From an uncultured Anaerolineales bacterium (GTDB lineage Bacteria > Chloroflexota > Anaerolineae > B4-G1 > SLSP01), in NCBI GenBank assembly GCA_964612845.1, contig CAZTEO010000001.1, forward strand, positions 2,933 through 66,932: a stretch of DNA of 64,000 bases, given 5' to 3'. This document shows positions 52,628 through 60,843 of the stretch, one piece after another. The first letter of the stretch is position 1, and the number at the start of each line of letters is the position of its first letter. The notes beneath the pieces were generated by a model. That model did no database searches. It was not told where the DNA came from and worked only from the letters and a program-made list of their open reading frames with translations. A program made the position numbers and the translations under genes.

Positions 52628-53980
52628 CTATTCGTACTTGAGCGCCTTGATGGGACTCAATCGCGCGGCGCGGCTCGCCGGATAGGCGCCGGAGATCAAC
52701 CCGACCAGCGCGGCGAAGACGACGGCGAAGATAGGCAGCCAGAGCGGAGTGTAGGTGATGCTCGACGGGCCCTGCGGCGAGACCGACTGCCCTTGCATCA
52801 TCCCCTTGCCCACGAGAGCCAGCACGCCATTCAGCAGCATGCCCAGCGTCACCCCGCCCACGCCGCCCAGCAGACCGATGCCGCCAGCCTCGGCGAGAAA
52901 GACGGTCATCACATCCTGGTTCGACGCGCCGATGGCCTTCATCAGGCCGATCTCGCGGGTGCGCTCGTAGATCGCCATCAGCATAGTGTTGGCGATGCCA
53001 AAGGCCGCGACCAAGAGCGCGATGGCGCCAATCCCACCTAGGATCGCCTGGAGCGTGCGGAAAAACGTGTTGGCCTGCTCCACCTGCTGCCGTTCGGATT
53101 GGACCATAAAGCCCATCTCGCTGATGGCTTGCTCCGCCTCCAACGTCGCCTGGCGGCCCGTCGTCCGCACGATGACCTCGTCGTAGCCCTCGCGCTCGGG
53201 ATCGCGCCGTTCGCCCCGCGCCCAGCCGTTGTAGGCGATGACGTCGTGGAGCGGCGCGTAGACCGTGTAGTCGTGCCGCCAACCCACGGGCTCCAGCACG
53301 CCCGCGACCTGAAAGCGCACCGTCTTCTGCGCCATGGAGCCGTCCTCCTGGCTGTACCGCTGCACCGTCAAGCGCAGTGTCGTGTTGTAGAGCTCCGGTA
53401 TCTCGCGCGCGCCGTCATCCCGCGCCATGCCCGGCCCCATCACGTAGCCGCCCTGCATCTCCTCGGGATCGCGGAAGTTCTCCGCCACGCGCCCGCCCAC
53501 GATGACCTGCCCCCGGTGAATCTCCAGCGTGCCTTCAGCGAGTTCCAGGTCCTGCAGAAACGCCGGATCGACGCCGATGATCTGGGCGTAGCCGCGCAGC
53601 CGACCGTACTCCAGCTCGCCGCCCATCTGCAGCCGCTCCGTCGGGTAGACGTGCGCGACGCTGGGCAGCGCCTCGATCTCCTCGATAGTGAAAGCGTCCA
53701 ATTTCGGCTGATCGGTGCGCCGCCGTTGGGCCAACTCGCGCTGCTCCGCGACCGCTTGCGGCGGGCCGCTGCCCTCCCTCGGCCCCATAACGCGCAACTC
53801 GGTCAGCCCGCCGCCGGAGCCTAAACTCTCGGTCGCCTGACGCTGCAAGCCCGCCCCCAACGAGACCAGCACCACCACGGCTGCCGTGCCAATGACCACG
53901 CCCAGCGCCGTCATGATCACGCGGCCCTTCATGCGCCTCAGATTGCTCAACACCAGCGGAAGTAAATCTTTCAGTTTCAT
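52628..53980 (-). CDS. ABC transporter permease (MacB/FtsX-type)
   Basis: N-terminal TM (RVIMTALGVVIGTAAVVVLVSLG), a large periplasmic MacB-like domain and a C-terminal FtsX 3-TM module. Confidence 0.85.
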   Translation of the reverse strand: MKLKDLLPLVLSNLRRMKGRVIMTALGVVIGTAAVVVLVSLGAGLQRQATESLGSGGGLTELRVMGPREGSGPPQAVAEQRELAQRRRTDQPKLDAFTIEEIEALPSVAHVYPTERLQMGGELEYGRLRGYAQIIGVDPAFLQDLELAEGTLEIHRGQVIVGGRVAENFRDPEEMQGGYVMGPGMARDDGAREIPELYNTTLRLTVQRYSQEDGSMAQKTVRFQVAGVLEPVGWRHDYTVYAPLHDVIAYNGWARGERRDPEREGYDEVIVRTTGRQATLEAEQAISEMGFMVQSERQQVEQANTFFRTLQAILGGIGAIALLVAAFGIANTMLMAIYERTREIGLMKAIGASNQDVMTVFLAEAGGIGLLGGVGGVTLGMLLNGVLALVGKGMMQGQSVSPQGPSSITYTPLWLPIFAVVFAALVGLISGAYPASRAARLSPIKALKYE

Positions 53981-54077
53981 GATTACCTATCCACAAGGTT
54001 CGTAGTCAGGCACGTAACACAGTGGAGTGCCGTAGCACGCCACTCCGCTCACGCTGCGTGGCTGACTACAAACATCA

Positions 54078-56195
54078 CTAACTCCCAAACCCAAAGAATC
54101 CCTTCAACGCCCGCCCAATCTTCTGCACCAGTGTCTCCGACGTCGGCTCAGGCATCGGCTCTGTCGGCTGACCCGGCATCGGCCCGCTAGCGGGTGATCC
54201 CGGCATACCGGGCGCGCCGCCCGGACCGCCGCCCACGTCCAGCGTAAGCGTCTGGGTGAGGGTCTGGACCTGGTTGAAGTCGTCGCGGTAGCCAATGGAG
54301 AGCAGCAATTCAACCTCGCCGTCCTCCTGCGGCGTGACCGAGAGATCTAACGGCGCGGAGCCGCCCGAGTCCAGCGGGCCGACGAAGGGCAGCCCCGCCA
54401 CCTCAACGTCCATCTGCGGGCTGGTCGGCGCGATCTCGGTGATGTTGACCGCGCTGCGCCCCACGTTGATCAGCTCCAGCGCAACCTGTCCCGGCATCCC
54501 CACCGCCAGCATCTCCGGTTGCCGGTAGAAGCTGACCTGCAACTCGGGCCGCTTGCGCACGATAAGGCTCAGCCGCTGCACGTCGGTGTGACGCGCGGCG
54601 CGCGGATCGTCATAGGCCAGCTCAATGGGCAGATTGTACGCCTTGGTCTCCGCCGAGCCATCGACCAGCAGCCGCCGCGAGACCTGAACGCTCTCGCCCT
54701 GCGGAATCGCCGGTACGAAGATCACGTTACCCGACTTGAGCGGGATAAAGGGCGCGAGACTGGCTCCGCCTTCGCCGCCCAGCGCCAGCGTCAGCCGCTG
54801 CGCCTCGCCGCCGCCGACGTTGTTGACGCGGAGCGTCAACGTGAACGCATCGCCCGGCGCGACAAAGTCCGGCACGGTACTGTACTCCTCAATAATCAGC
54901 TGCGGCTGTTTGGTCAGGCTCGTGTTCACATCCACGCCGACGTTCTGCTGATCCGTATGCGTGCCGCCGCCGTAGTCGCTGTACTCCAGCGCGATGGGTA
55001 GATTCTGCCGACCGCCGGTCTCCAGCTGGCCCAGCACCAGCGGCAACGTCACCGTGACCGTCTGATCGATGCGGATAATCTCCGCATAGACCGTGTCACC
55101 GCCCGCTGCCGGGATCGCCAGCTCGTCAGCCGCCACGGTGGTGAAGACGTTGATGGCAGTACGGTTGCCGCGATTCGCCAGGCGCAGCGTCAGGGAGAAG
55201 GGCTCGCCGGGAATCAGCACCGCCGGTTCAGTCTGCACGTCCTCCACAACAACCTTGGGCTTGCCGGTAACGCCGCCCGAACTCGCGCCAACCACTTCCA
55301 CCGGCACAGTCTGGGGGAACTTGTAGTTATTGCCCTCGAAGTCGTTGGCTTCCAGCTGCACGTTGAGCTGCTGCACGCCGTTGGAGATGGACTTGGGCGC
55401 GCGCATCTTCTGGCTGACCACGACGCTGTGATTGATGGGCAGCTGCCAGAGTTTGTGCCCATGATCGCCCACCGGCAGGAACGTCCCGCCGGGGAAGATC
55501 GCCAGCGTATTCTCGCCCGCCCGGCTGCCGTTGTTGTAGATCTCAATATGCACGACGAATTCTTGCCCAGGCCGCACCTGCTCTGGCTCCACCACGGTGT
55601 TGCGGATGGTGAGAATCGGCTGGCCCGGAGGCGGCGGTGGGTCCGGCGTCTCCGGCGCCTTGGGCTTGGGCGTCGGCGTGGCAGCGAGGATGGTCAGCGC
55701 GTTGACCAGGGTATCGACATTATCGGGACCGGCGGTGACGCGCACGTCGTAGGTCCCCGCGGGCACACCGGCGGGCACCTGCGCCTTTAGCGCCCCTTCG
55801 TTGACCAGGGTCGTGTTGAGCAAGCCGTAGCCGACGAGGCGCACCGCACACCCGGCGCTGAACCCCGTCCCGTAGAGGCTGATGCTGCCGCCCGCGACGT
55901 CCATCAGCGTGTCCGGTTCCAGTCCCGTCACGTTGACCGGGGCCGGCGTCTCAGACGTGGGTTGAGGTGTCGCCGTTGGCGTAGGCGTCGGTGTCGGCGT
56001 GCTCGTTTCTTGCGCAGGCGCCTGTTCGGAAGTGGGCGTCGGGCTTGGCATCTCCGTCGGGGCCAACGTCGCCGTCGGCGTGGGCGACGGGATCGCGGTG
56101 GGCGTCGCTTCTTCCTGCGCTAACATCGGGCGCACGGTTCCCACGACAAGGGCAAAAACCAGAACCAACAAACTAACCATTATTCTCTTCTTCAT
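54078..56195 (-). CDS. secreted IPT/TIG + multiple CARDB/COG1361-like beta-sandwich domain protein
   Basis: Start at ATG 56195 (MKKRIMVSLLVLVFALVVG signal peptide), PT-rich linker, TIG-like segment (SISLYGTGFSAGCAVRLVG...GTYDVRVT), repeated CARDB-like modules and a Gly/Pro-rich C-terminus. Confidence 0.65.
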   Translation of the reverse strand: MKKRIMVSLLVLVFALVVGTVRPMLAQEEATPTAIPSPTPTATLAPTEMPSPTPTSEQAPAQETSTPTPTPTPTATPQPTSETPAPVNVTGLEPDTLMDVAGGSISLYGTGFSAGCAVRLVGYGLLNTTLVNEGALKAQVPAGVPAGTYDVRVTAGPDNVDTLVNALTILAATPTPKPKAPETPDPPPPPGQPILTIRNTVVEPEQVRPGQEFVVHIEIYNNGSRAGENTLAIFPGGTFLPVGDHGHKLWQLPINHSVVVSQKMRAPKSISNGVQQLNVQLEANDFEGNNYKFPQTVPVEVVGASSGGVTGKPKVVVEDVQTEPAVLIPGEPFSLTLRLANRGNRTAINVFTTVAADELAIPAAGGDTVYAEIIRIDQTVTVTLPLVLGQLETGGRQNLPIALEYSDYGGGTHTDQQNVGVDVNTSLTKQPQLIIEEYSTVPDFVAPGDAFTLTLRVNNVGGGEAQRLTLALGGEGGASLAPFIPLKSGNVIFVPAIPQGESVQVSRRLLVDGSAETKAYNLPIELAYDDPRAARHTDVQRLSLIVRKRPELQVSFYRQPEMLAVGMPGQVALELINVGRSAVNITEIAPTSPQMDVEVAGLPFVGPLDSGGSAPLDLSVTPQEDGEVELLLSIGYRDDFNQVQTLTQTLTLDVGGGPGGAPGMPGSPASGPMPGQPTEPMPEPTSETLVQKIGRALKGFFGFGS

Positions 56196-56255
56196 ATCTT
56201 TTCTCCGATAAGCAAATGACAAATGCAAAATGACAAAACGTTCAACCCGCAACGT

Positions 56256-56942
56256 TTAGCTTGGAACCAACTGACCGTCCAACATACTCAATGTTCGTGT
56301 TGCGTAACCGGTGACTTTGGGGTCGTGAGACACAATTAGAACCGTCCGCCCTTCGTCGCGGTTGAGATTCACCAGTAAATCCATGATGGCGTCGCCCGTC
56401 TCCGTGTCCAGGTTGCCCGTCGGCTCGTCCGCCAAGATGATCTGGGGATTGTTCGCCAGCGCCCGCGCAATGGCGACGCGCTGCTGCTGTCCGCCGGAGA
56501 GTTCCGTCGGCTTGTGATCCATCCGCTCGCCCAATCCCACCGCTGAGAGCAGATCGCGCGCCCGCGCCGTCCGCTCGTCCGCCGGGACCTGCGCGAAGAT
56601 CATGGGAAACTCGACGTTCTGGAGCGCCGTCATGGTCGGCACAAGATAGAAGGACTGGAAGATGAAGCCGATCTTGCGACGCCGGTAGTCCGCCAGCGCG
56701 TTCTCGTCCAGCGCCGCGATCTCCAAGTCGTCAACCCAGATGCGCCCATCGGTGGGCCGGTCCAGACCGCCAAGCAGGTAGAGCAGGGTCGATTTGCCAG
56801 AGCCTGACGGTCCCATCACCGCCAGGAACTCACCAGCCTGCACGGACGTCGTGACACCGTCGACGGCGTGTACGGTCTGATCGCCCATGACGAACTCCCG
56901 GCTTAACGTCTCGGTACGAATAATTGTGTTCCGCTCACTCAT
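56256..56942 (-). CDS. ABC transporter ATP-binding protein (MacB/LolD-type)
   Basis: Start at ATG 56942 (GAGGTGG upstream). GPSGSGKSTLL, LSGGQQQRVAIARAL, ILADEPTGNLD, VSHD. Confidence 0.9.
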   Translation of the reverse strand: MSERNTIIRTETLSREFVMGDQTVHAVDGVTTSVQAGEFLAVMGPSGSGKSTLLYLLGGLDRPTDGRIWVDDLEIAALDENALADYRRRKIGFIFQSFYLVPTMTALQNVEFPMIFAQVPADERTARARDLLSAVGLGERMDHKPTELSGGQQQRVAIARALANNPQIILADEPTGNLDTETGDAIMDLLVNLNRDEGRTVLIVSHDPKVTGYATRTLSMLDGQLVPS

Positions 56943-56952
56943 CGTCGCCACC

Positions 56953-57723
56953 TCAGAACAGCCGCAGCCCGCCGCCGACCAGATTCGGCAGCACGTTGAG
57001 CACAGCGACAATCAGCCAGGCGCCCACCGTCACCAAGATAGCCTTGGTCCGTGGCAACTTAGCGAAAGCACGGATGCCCAGCACCACCAACACCAGATTC
57101 CAGACCAGGTAGATGTCGATCTGACCAAGAAAGGCACCCCAGAGCTGCTGCCCCGTTGAAGGGACGATGTAACGCTGGAAGGACATCATAGGCGGCGGCG
57201 TGCTGTCCATCACCAGCCCGGAGAGTCCCTGATTGTAGATCGGGTTCTTGGTCACAAACATCGTGAGGCCCTGTACCCCGTTGCGCACGAGGTGCGGCAC
57301 CCACGTCCAGAGCGTCAGGGCAAAGATGGCGCCAAATGTCGCGCCGTTCTGCCCAAAGAAGATACCCGCCAGGTAGATCGCACCGGCCCAGATCAGCCAG
57401 GTGATGACCATGCCGACGACGCGCCCCAGCACGCGGATGCCGACGGTCAACGCCGGTGGGGTGATCAACTGCGGCGGCTGCATCATGGGACCGCGCTCTT
57501 CTTCCGGGGTGTTCTCGAACCACGCCAGCTGTTGCTCGTACTTGTACTGGGCGTCGGCCCGCGCGTAAGCGACCTGCTGCCCGATCAGCGCCGCGACCAG
57601 CAGCAGCGCCAGCAACGCCCACCAGCGCCGGCTCGCGTCGTGCAGATAGCGCAAGGTCTCACGAGGCCGAATTACAATGCCCGATAAGAGCGCCAAGAAG
57701 CCCTTCTTCTCCGTCTTGTTCAT
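56953..57723 (-). CDS. Yip1-domain membrane protein
   Basis: Start at ATG 57723 (AAGGAG 8 nt upstream). N-terminal LLSGIVIRPRETLRYL plus 5 TM, as in YIP1-family proteins. Confidence 0.6.
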   Translation of the reverse strand: MNKTEKKGFLALLSGIVIRPRETLRYLHDASRRWWALLALLLVAALIGQQVAYARADAQYKYEQQLAWFENTPEEERGPMMQPPQLITPPALTVGIRVLGRVVGMVITWLIWAGAIYLAGIFFGQNGATFGAIFALTLWTWVPHLVRNGVQGLTMFVTKNPIYNQGLSGLVMDSTPPPMMSFQRYIVPSTGQQLWGAFLGQIDIYLVWNLVLVVLGIRAFAKLPRTKAILVTVGAWLIVAVLNVLPNLVGGGLRLF

Positions 57724-57900
57724 AGAATAACTCCTTTGTGTGCTGGCTTTTGATTGGGTGGGACACCGGCCCGAACTACAGATTGGACTTGTCTTTATAA
57801 CGTTAGGATACAGCAATTCGTTCCGCCAAAAGAGGGCTTTTAGTGCGGTTTTACGCTGTACATTCAGAGGGTTTTGTACCTGGTCAGTCGGGTAGGCACA

Positions 57901-57929
57901 AGAAAAGCCCCCGATGTCTGGTCGGGGGC
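57901..57929 (-). terminator. rho-independent terminator of proBA
   Basis: On the minus strand: GCCCCCGA-ccagaca-TCGGGGGC followed by TTTTCTT, 24 nt after the proA stop. Confidence 0.65.
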
Positions 57930-57952
57930 GTGGTATGCGGAGTCTGAGAGCG

Positions 57953-59218
57953 CTACGCGCGCACGTGATGGTCGCCGTAGACGATCCACTTGTACGTCGT
58001 CAGCGCCTCCAGGCCCATAGGACCGCGCGCGTGGAGTTTCTGCGTGCTGATGGCGACCTCGGCCCCGAGACCAAACTGCCCGCCGTCGTTGAAGCGCGTG
58101 CTGGCGTTGACAAAGACCGCTGACGAGTCCACGGCGTTGACAAAAGCCGTGGCGTTCCGCCAGTCGTTGGTCAGAATGCCGTCGGAGTGCGCGGTGCCGT
58201 GCGCGCGAATGTGCGCGACGGCTTCGTCCAGCGTATCGACGATCTTGACGCCCAGAATCAGCGCCAACCACTCCTGATCGAAATCCGCCGGTCCCGCCGG
58301 CGTGACGCCCTCTCGATCCACAAGCACGTTTTGCGCCGAGGCGTCGGCCCGCAGCTCGACGCCCAACGGCACCAAGCGCTCGGCGAGGCGCGGCAGGAAC
58401 GTCGCGGCAACGTCGCGCTGCACCAGCACCGTATCGAGCGCGTTGCAGACGCTGGGCCGCTGCACCTTGGCGTTCTCGATGACGTTGAGCGCGCCCGCCA
58501 GATCGGCGCTGGCGTCCACATAGAGGTGGCAGATACCGATGCCACCGGTGATGACGGGGATGGTGCTCTGCTCGCGGCAGAGACGTTGCAAGCCGCTCCC
58601 GCCGCGCGGAATGATCATATCGACGTAGCGATCCAGCCGCAGCAGCTGAGTCACCAGCGCGCGGTCGGGATCGTCGACAAGCTGCACCGCTGCCTGGGGA
58701 AAGCCAACCTTTGCCAGCGCCGCGCGGATCACCTCGACCAACGCGCGGTTGCTGCGCAGGGTCTCGCTGCCGCCGCGCAGAATGACAGCGTTGGCGGTCT
58801 TGAGGCAGAGCGTGGCGATATCGAGGGTGACGTTGGGGCGCGCTTCGTAGATGACGCCCAGCACGCCCAGCGGCACGCGACGGCGGCTCAGGCGGATGCC
58901 GTTGGGCAGCAGGCGGCTCTCGATCTCCGTGCCGATGGGATCGGGCAACGTCGCCACGCGGCGCGCATCCGCTGCCAGCGACGCTACACGCGCTTCCGTG
59001 AGCAGCAGTCGATCCAATAGCGCCTCGCTCACCCCGCCAGCGTTCGCCTCGGCGATGTCCTCTGCGTTCGCCGCCAACACCGCGTCGGCCTGCGCCTCTA
59101 ACTCATCGGCGATGGCGTGCAGTGCAACGTTCTTCTCGTCCGTTGAAAGCGTGCCCAAGTGATAGCCGGCCTCACGGGCAGCTTTTCCCATAGCGGTCAG
59201 GTCTGGTTTTGTGTTCAT
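57953..59218 (-). CDS. proA: glutamate-5-semialdehyde dehydrogenase (gamma-glutamyl phosphate reductase)
   Basis: 421 aa. N-terminal GKAAREAG...L.T.EKN.AL..IA..L, ALDH-type core with catalytic Cys context ([12 protein letters not shown]), and a C-terminal HTDGILT-like AHSDGILT. Confidence 0.93.
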   Translation of the reverse strand: MNTKPDLTAMGKAAREAGYHLGTLSTDEKNVALHAIADELEAQADAVLAANAEDIAEANAGGVSEALLDRLLLTEARVASLAADARRVATLPDPIGTEIESRLLPNGIRLSRRRVPLGVLGVIYEARPNVTLDIATLCLKTANAVILRGGSETLRSNRALVEVIRAALAKVGFPQAAVQLVDDPDRALVTQLLRLDRYVDMIIPRGGSGLQRLCREQSTIPVITGGIGICHLYVDASADLAGALNVIENAKVQRPSVCNALDTVLVQRDVAATFLPRLAERLVPLGVELRADASAQNVLVDREGVTPAGPADFDQEWLALILGVKIVDTLDEAVAHIRAHGTAHSDGILTNDWRNATAFVNAVDSSAVFVNASTRFNDGGQFGLGAEVAISTQKLHARGPMGLEALTTYKWIVYGDHHVRA

Positions 59219-59268
59219 GCGAATCCTCCGTAGTCAATAACAAATCGAAAATGACAAAGGTAAAGCCC

Positions 59269-59363
59269 ACCTTCCGGGAAGATCTAAATCACGTCTCAAG
59301 TAAAAATCTACCTGACGAAGCACTCTCCTCTTGAGAAAACGCCCCAATATCTTCCCGGAAGGT
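59269..59363. repeat. nested inverted repeat in the proB-proA spacer
   Basis: 15-bp perfect arms ACCTTCCGGGAAGAT (59269..59283) and ATCTTCCCGGAAGGT (59349..59363). Inner 7-bp arms TCTCAAG (59294..59300) and CTTGAGA (59330..59336). Confidence 0.6.
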
Positions 59364-59380
59364 CAAATCCAAGTCACAGC

Positions 59381-60490
59381 TTAAAGCAGAATCAGGTCGT
59401 TGTGGTGGATGGTGACGGCGCCGTAGGTGTAACCCAGGCGCGCTTCGATTTCGTCGGAGTGGCAGCCCTGGATCTGCCGCAGGTCGTCGCTGGTATAGCG
59501 CGCGATGCCGCGCCCGACTTCGCTCTCTTCCTCGTCAAAGAGCGCGACGGTATCGCCACGGTCAAAGGTCCCGACGACATCGCGGATACCGGCGGGCAGC
59601 AGGCTGGCGCCGTTGCGCAGCGCCTCTGCCGCGCCCGCGTCGATCACAACGTGGCCCGCGTTGGCGACGCCCGCCAGGATCCACCGCTTGCGGTTCTCCG
59701 GCGGCGTCTCCAGCGCGGGAAAGCGCGTGCCCAACGACTCGCCGCCTACAATGCGCAGAATGACATCGGGTTCGCTTCCCGCTGCGATGACAGCGTCGGT
59801 GCCCGCGCGCTGGGCCAACGTCGCCGCCTGCAGCTTCGTCGTCATCCCGCCGACGCCTAGCCCGCTTCTGCTGCCGCCTGCCAGCGCAAAGACCGCATCG
59901 TCGACCACGGGCACCTCGCGGATCAGCCGTGCATCCGGGTTCTCACGGGGATCGGCGGTGAAGAGACCCGGCTGGTCGGTCAGCATGACCAACAGATCCG
60001 CCCCGGAGAGCACGGCGACTAACGCAGAGAGGTTGTCATTGTCGCCGATGCGGATCTCCTCGGTAGCAACAGGGTCATTCTCGTTGATGATGGGGATGAT
60101 TCGCTGCTCCAACAGCGCGCCCAGCGTGTCCTGCGCGTTGAGGAAACTGCGCCGCGCCTCGATATCGCCGTGCGTGAGCAGAATCTGCCCCACGTGGATG
60201 TCGTAGATCTCAAAGAAGCGCTCCCAGGTGAGCATCAGGCGGCTCTGTCCCACCGCCGCCAGCAGCTGCTTGCTGACGACCGTCGGCAGCAGCTCGGGAA
60301 AGCCCAGTTTCTCGCGTCCTACGGCGACCGCGCCCGACGTACAGAGGATCAGCTCATGGCCCACGCGGTGCAGCTCGGCGCATTGCCGCACCAGATCGAC
60401 CATGCGCGGGCGACTCAACCGTCGCGTTCCCTCCGTCAGGACGCTGGTGCCGAATTTGAGCACAATCCGACAATACGTTGGTTCCTCCAT
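59381..60490 (-). CDS. proB: glutamate 5-kinase (with C-terminal PUA domain)
   Basis: Start at ATG 60490 (GGGGGAGG upstream). IVLKFGTSVLT, amino-acid kinase fold, PUA-like C-terminus (GAAEALRNGASLLPAGI..V.G.F..GD.V). Confidence 0.92.
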   Translation of the reverse strand: MEEPTYCRIVLKFGTSVLTEGTRRLSRPRMVDLVRQCAELHRVGHELILCTSGAVAVGREKLGFPELLPTVVSKQLLAAVGQSRLMLTWERFFEIYDIHVGQILLTHGDIEARRSFLNAQDTLGALLEQRIIPIINENDPVATEEIRIGDNDNLSALVAVLSGADLLVMLTDQPGLFTADPRENPDARLIREVPVVDDAVFALAGGSRSGLGVGGMTTKLQAATLAQRAGTDAVIAAGSEPDVILRIVGGESLGTRFPALETPPENRKRWILAGVANAGHVVIDAGAAEALRNGASLLPAGIRDVVGTFDRGDTVALFDEEESEVGRGIARYTSDDLRQIQGCHSDEIEARLGYTYGAVTIHHNDLILL

Positions 60491-60530
60491 CTGATCAACC
60501 TCCCCCTCAATTCCGAGCACAGAACAGAAC

Positions 60531-60563
60531 AAAAAAACAGCCCACCGAAGGCTCGGTAGGCTG
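60531..60563 (-). terminator. intrinsic terminator inside the proBA leader (attenuator)
   Basis: Minus-strand RNA reads CAGCCUACCGA-gccu-UCGGUGGGCUG (11-bp stem including one G-U) followed by UUUUUUU, about 40 nt upstream of the proB ATG. The upstream segment GCGGUAGGC (60610..60602) can pair with the 5' arm GCCUACCG as an antiterminator. Confidence 0.6.
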
Positions 60564-60843
60564 AGTTGAAAACTATTGCGACTGTGCGGCGACCAGTTAG
60601 CGCCTACCGCTCTCCTGGAAAGCGTAGGTAGGCATAGGGTTGACATACGAAAAAACGCGCGCTCGCACGAACATGGTACTCCCTACGGTACTTGGAAACC
60701 GGCGGATTGTCAAATCGGGTCGCTCGGGCCGGTGTCTCCATGGGCCAACGGCCCAATGCCAGGGACCGTGCCCGCTGTGGCGCGGTCCCTGGCAAGCAAT
60801 TAAATTGCTGGGGGACTCCGGCCACAGCTGAGTTGTGCTCCGA

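Noticed and set aside
60491-60713. Canonical T-box riboswitch upstream of proBA
   Set aside because: I looked for the conserved T-box sequence (AAnnnGGGUGGUACCGCG), the AGAGA/GNUGNGA stem-I elements and a specifier loop. Only a UGGU and a CCU codon are present and the rest does not match. I therefore report it only as a generic attenuator; cmscan could overturn this.
60741-60810. Three stem-loops (GGGCC-aac-GGCCC, CCAGGGACCG-14nt-CGGTCCCTGG, AGCAAT-taa-ATTGCT) as an ncRNA
   Set aside because: They lie directly downstream of the GH31 stop and upstream of the proBA promoter. The simplest reading is terminator or insulator hairpins. None has a U-tract, so I did not call them as features.
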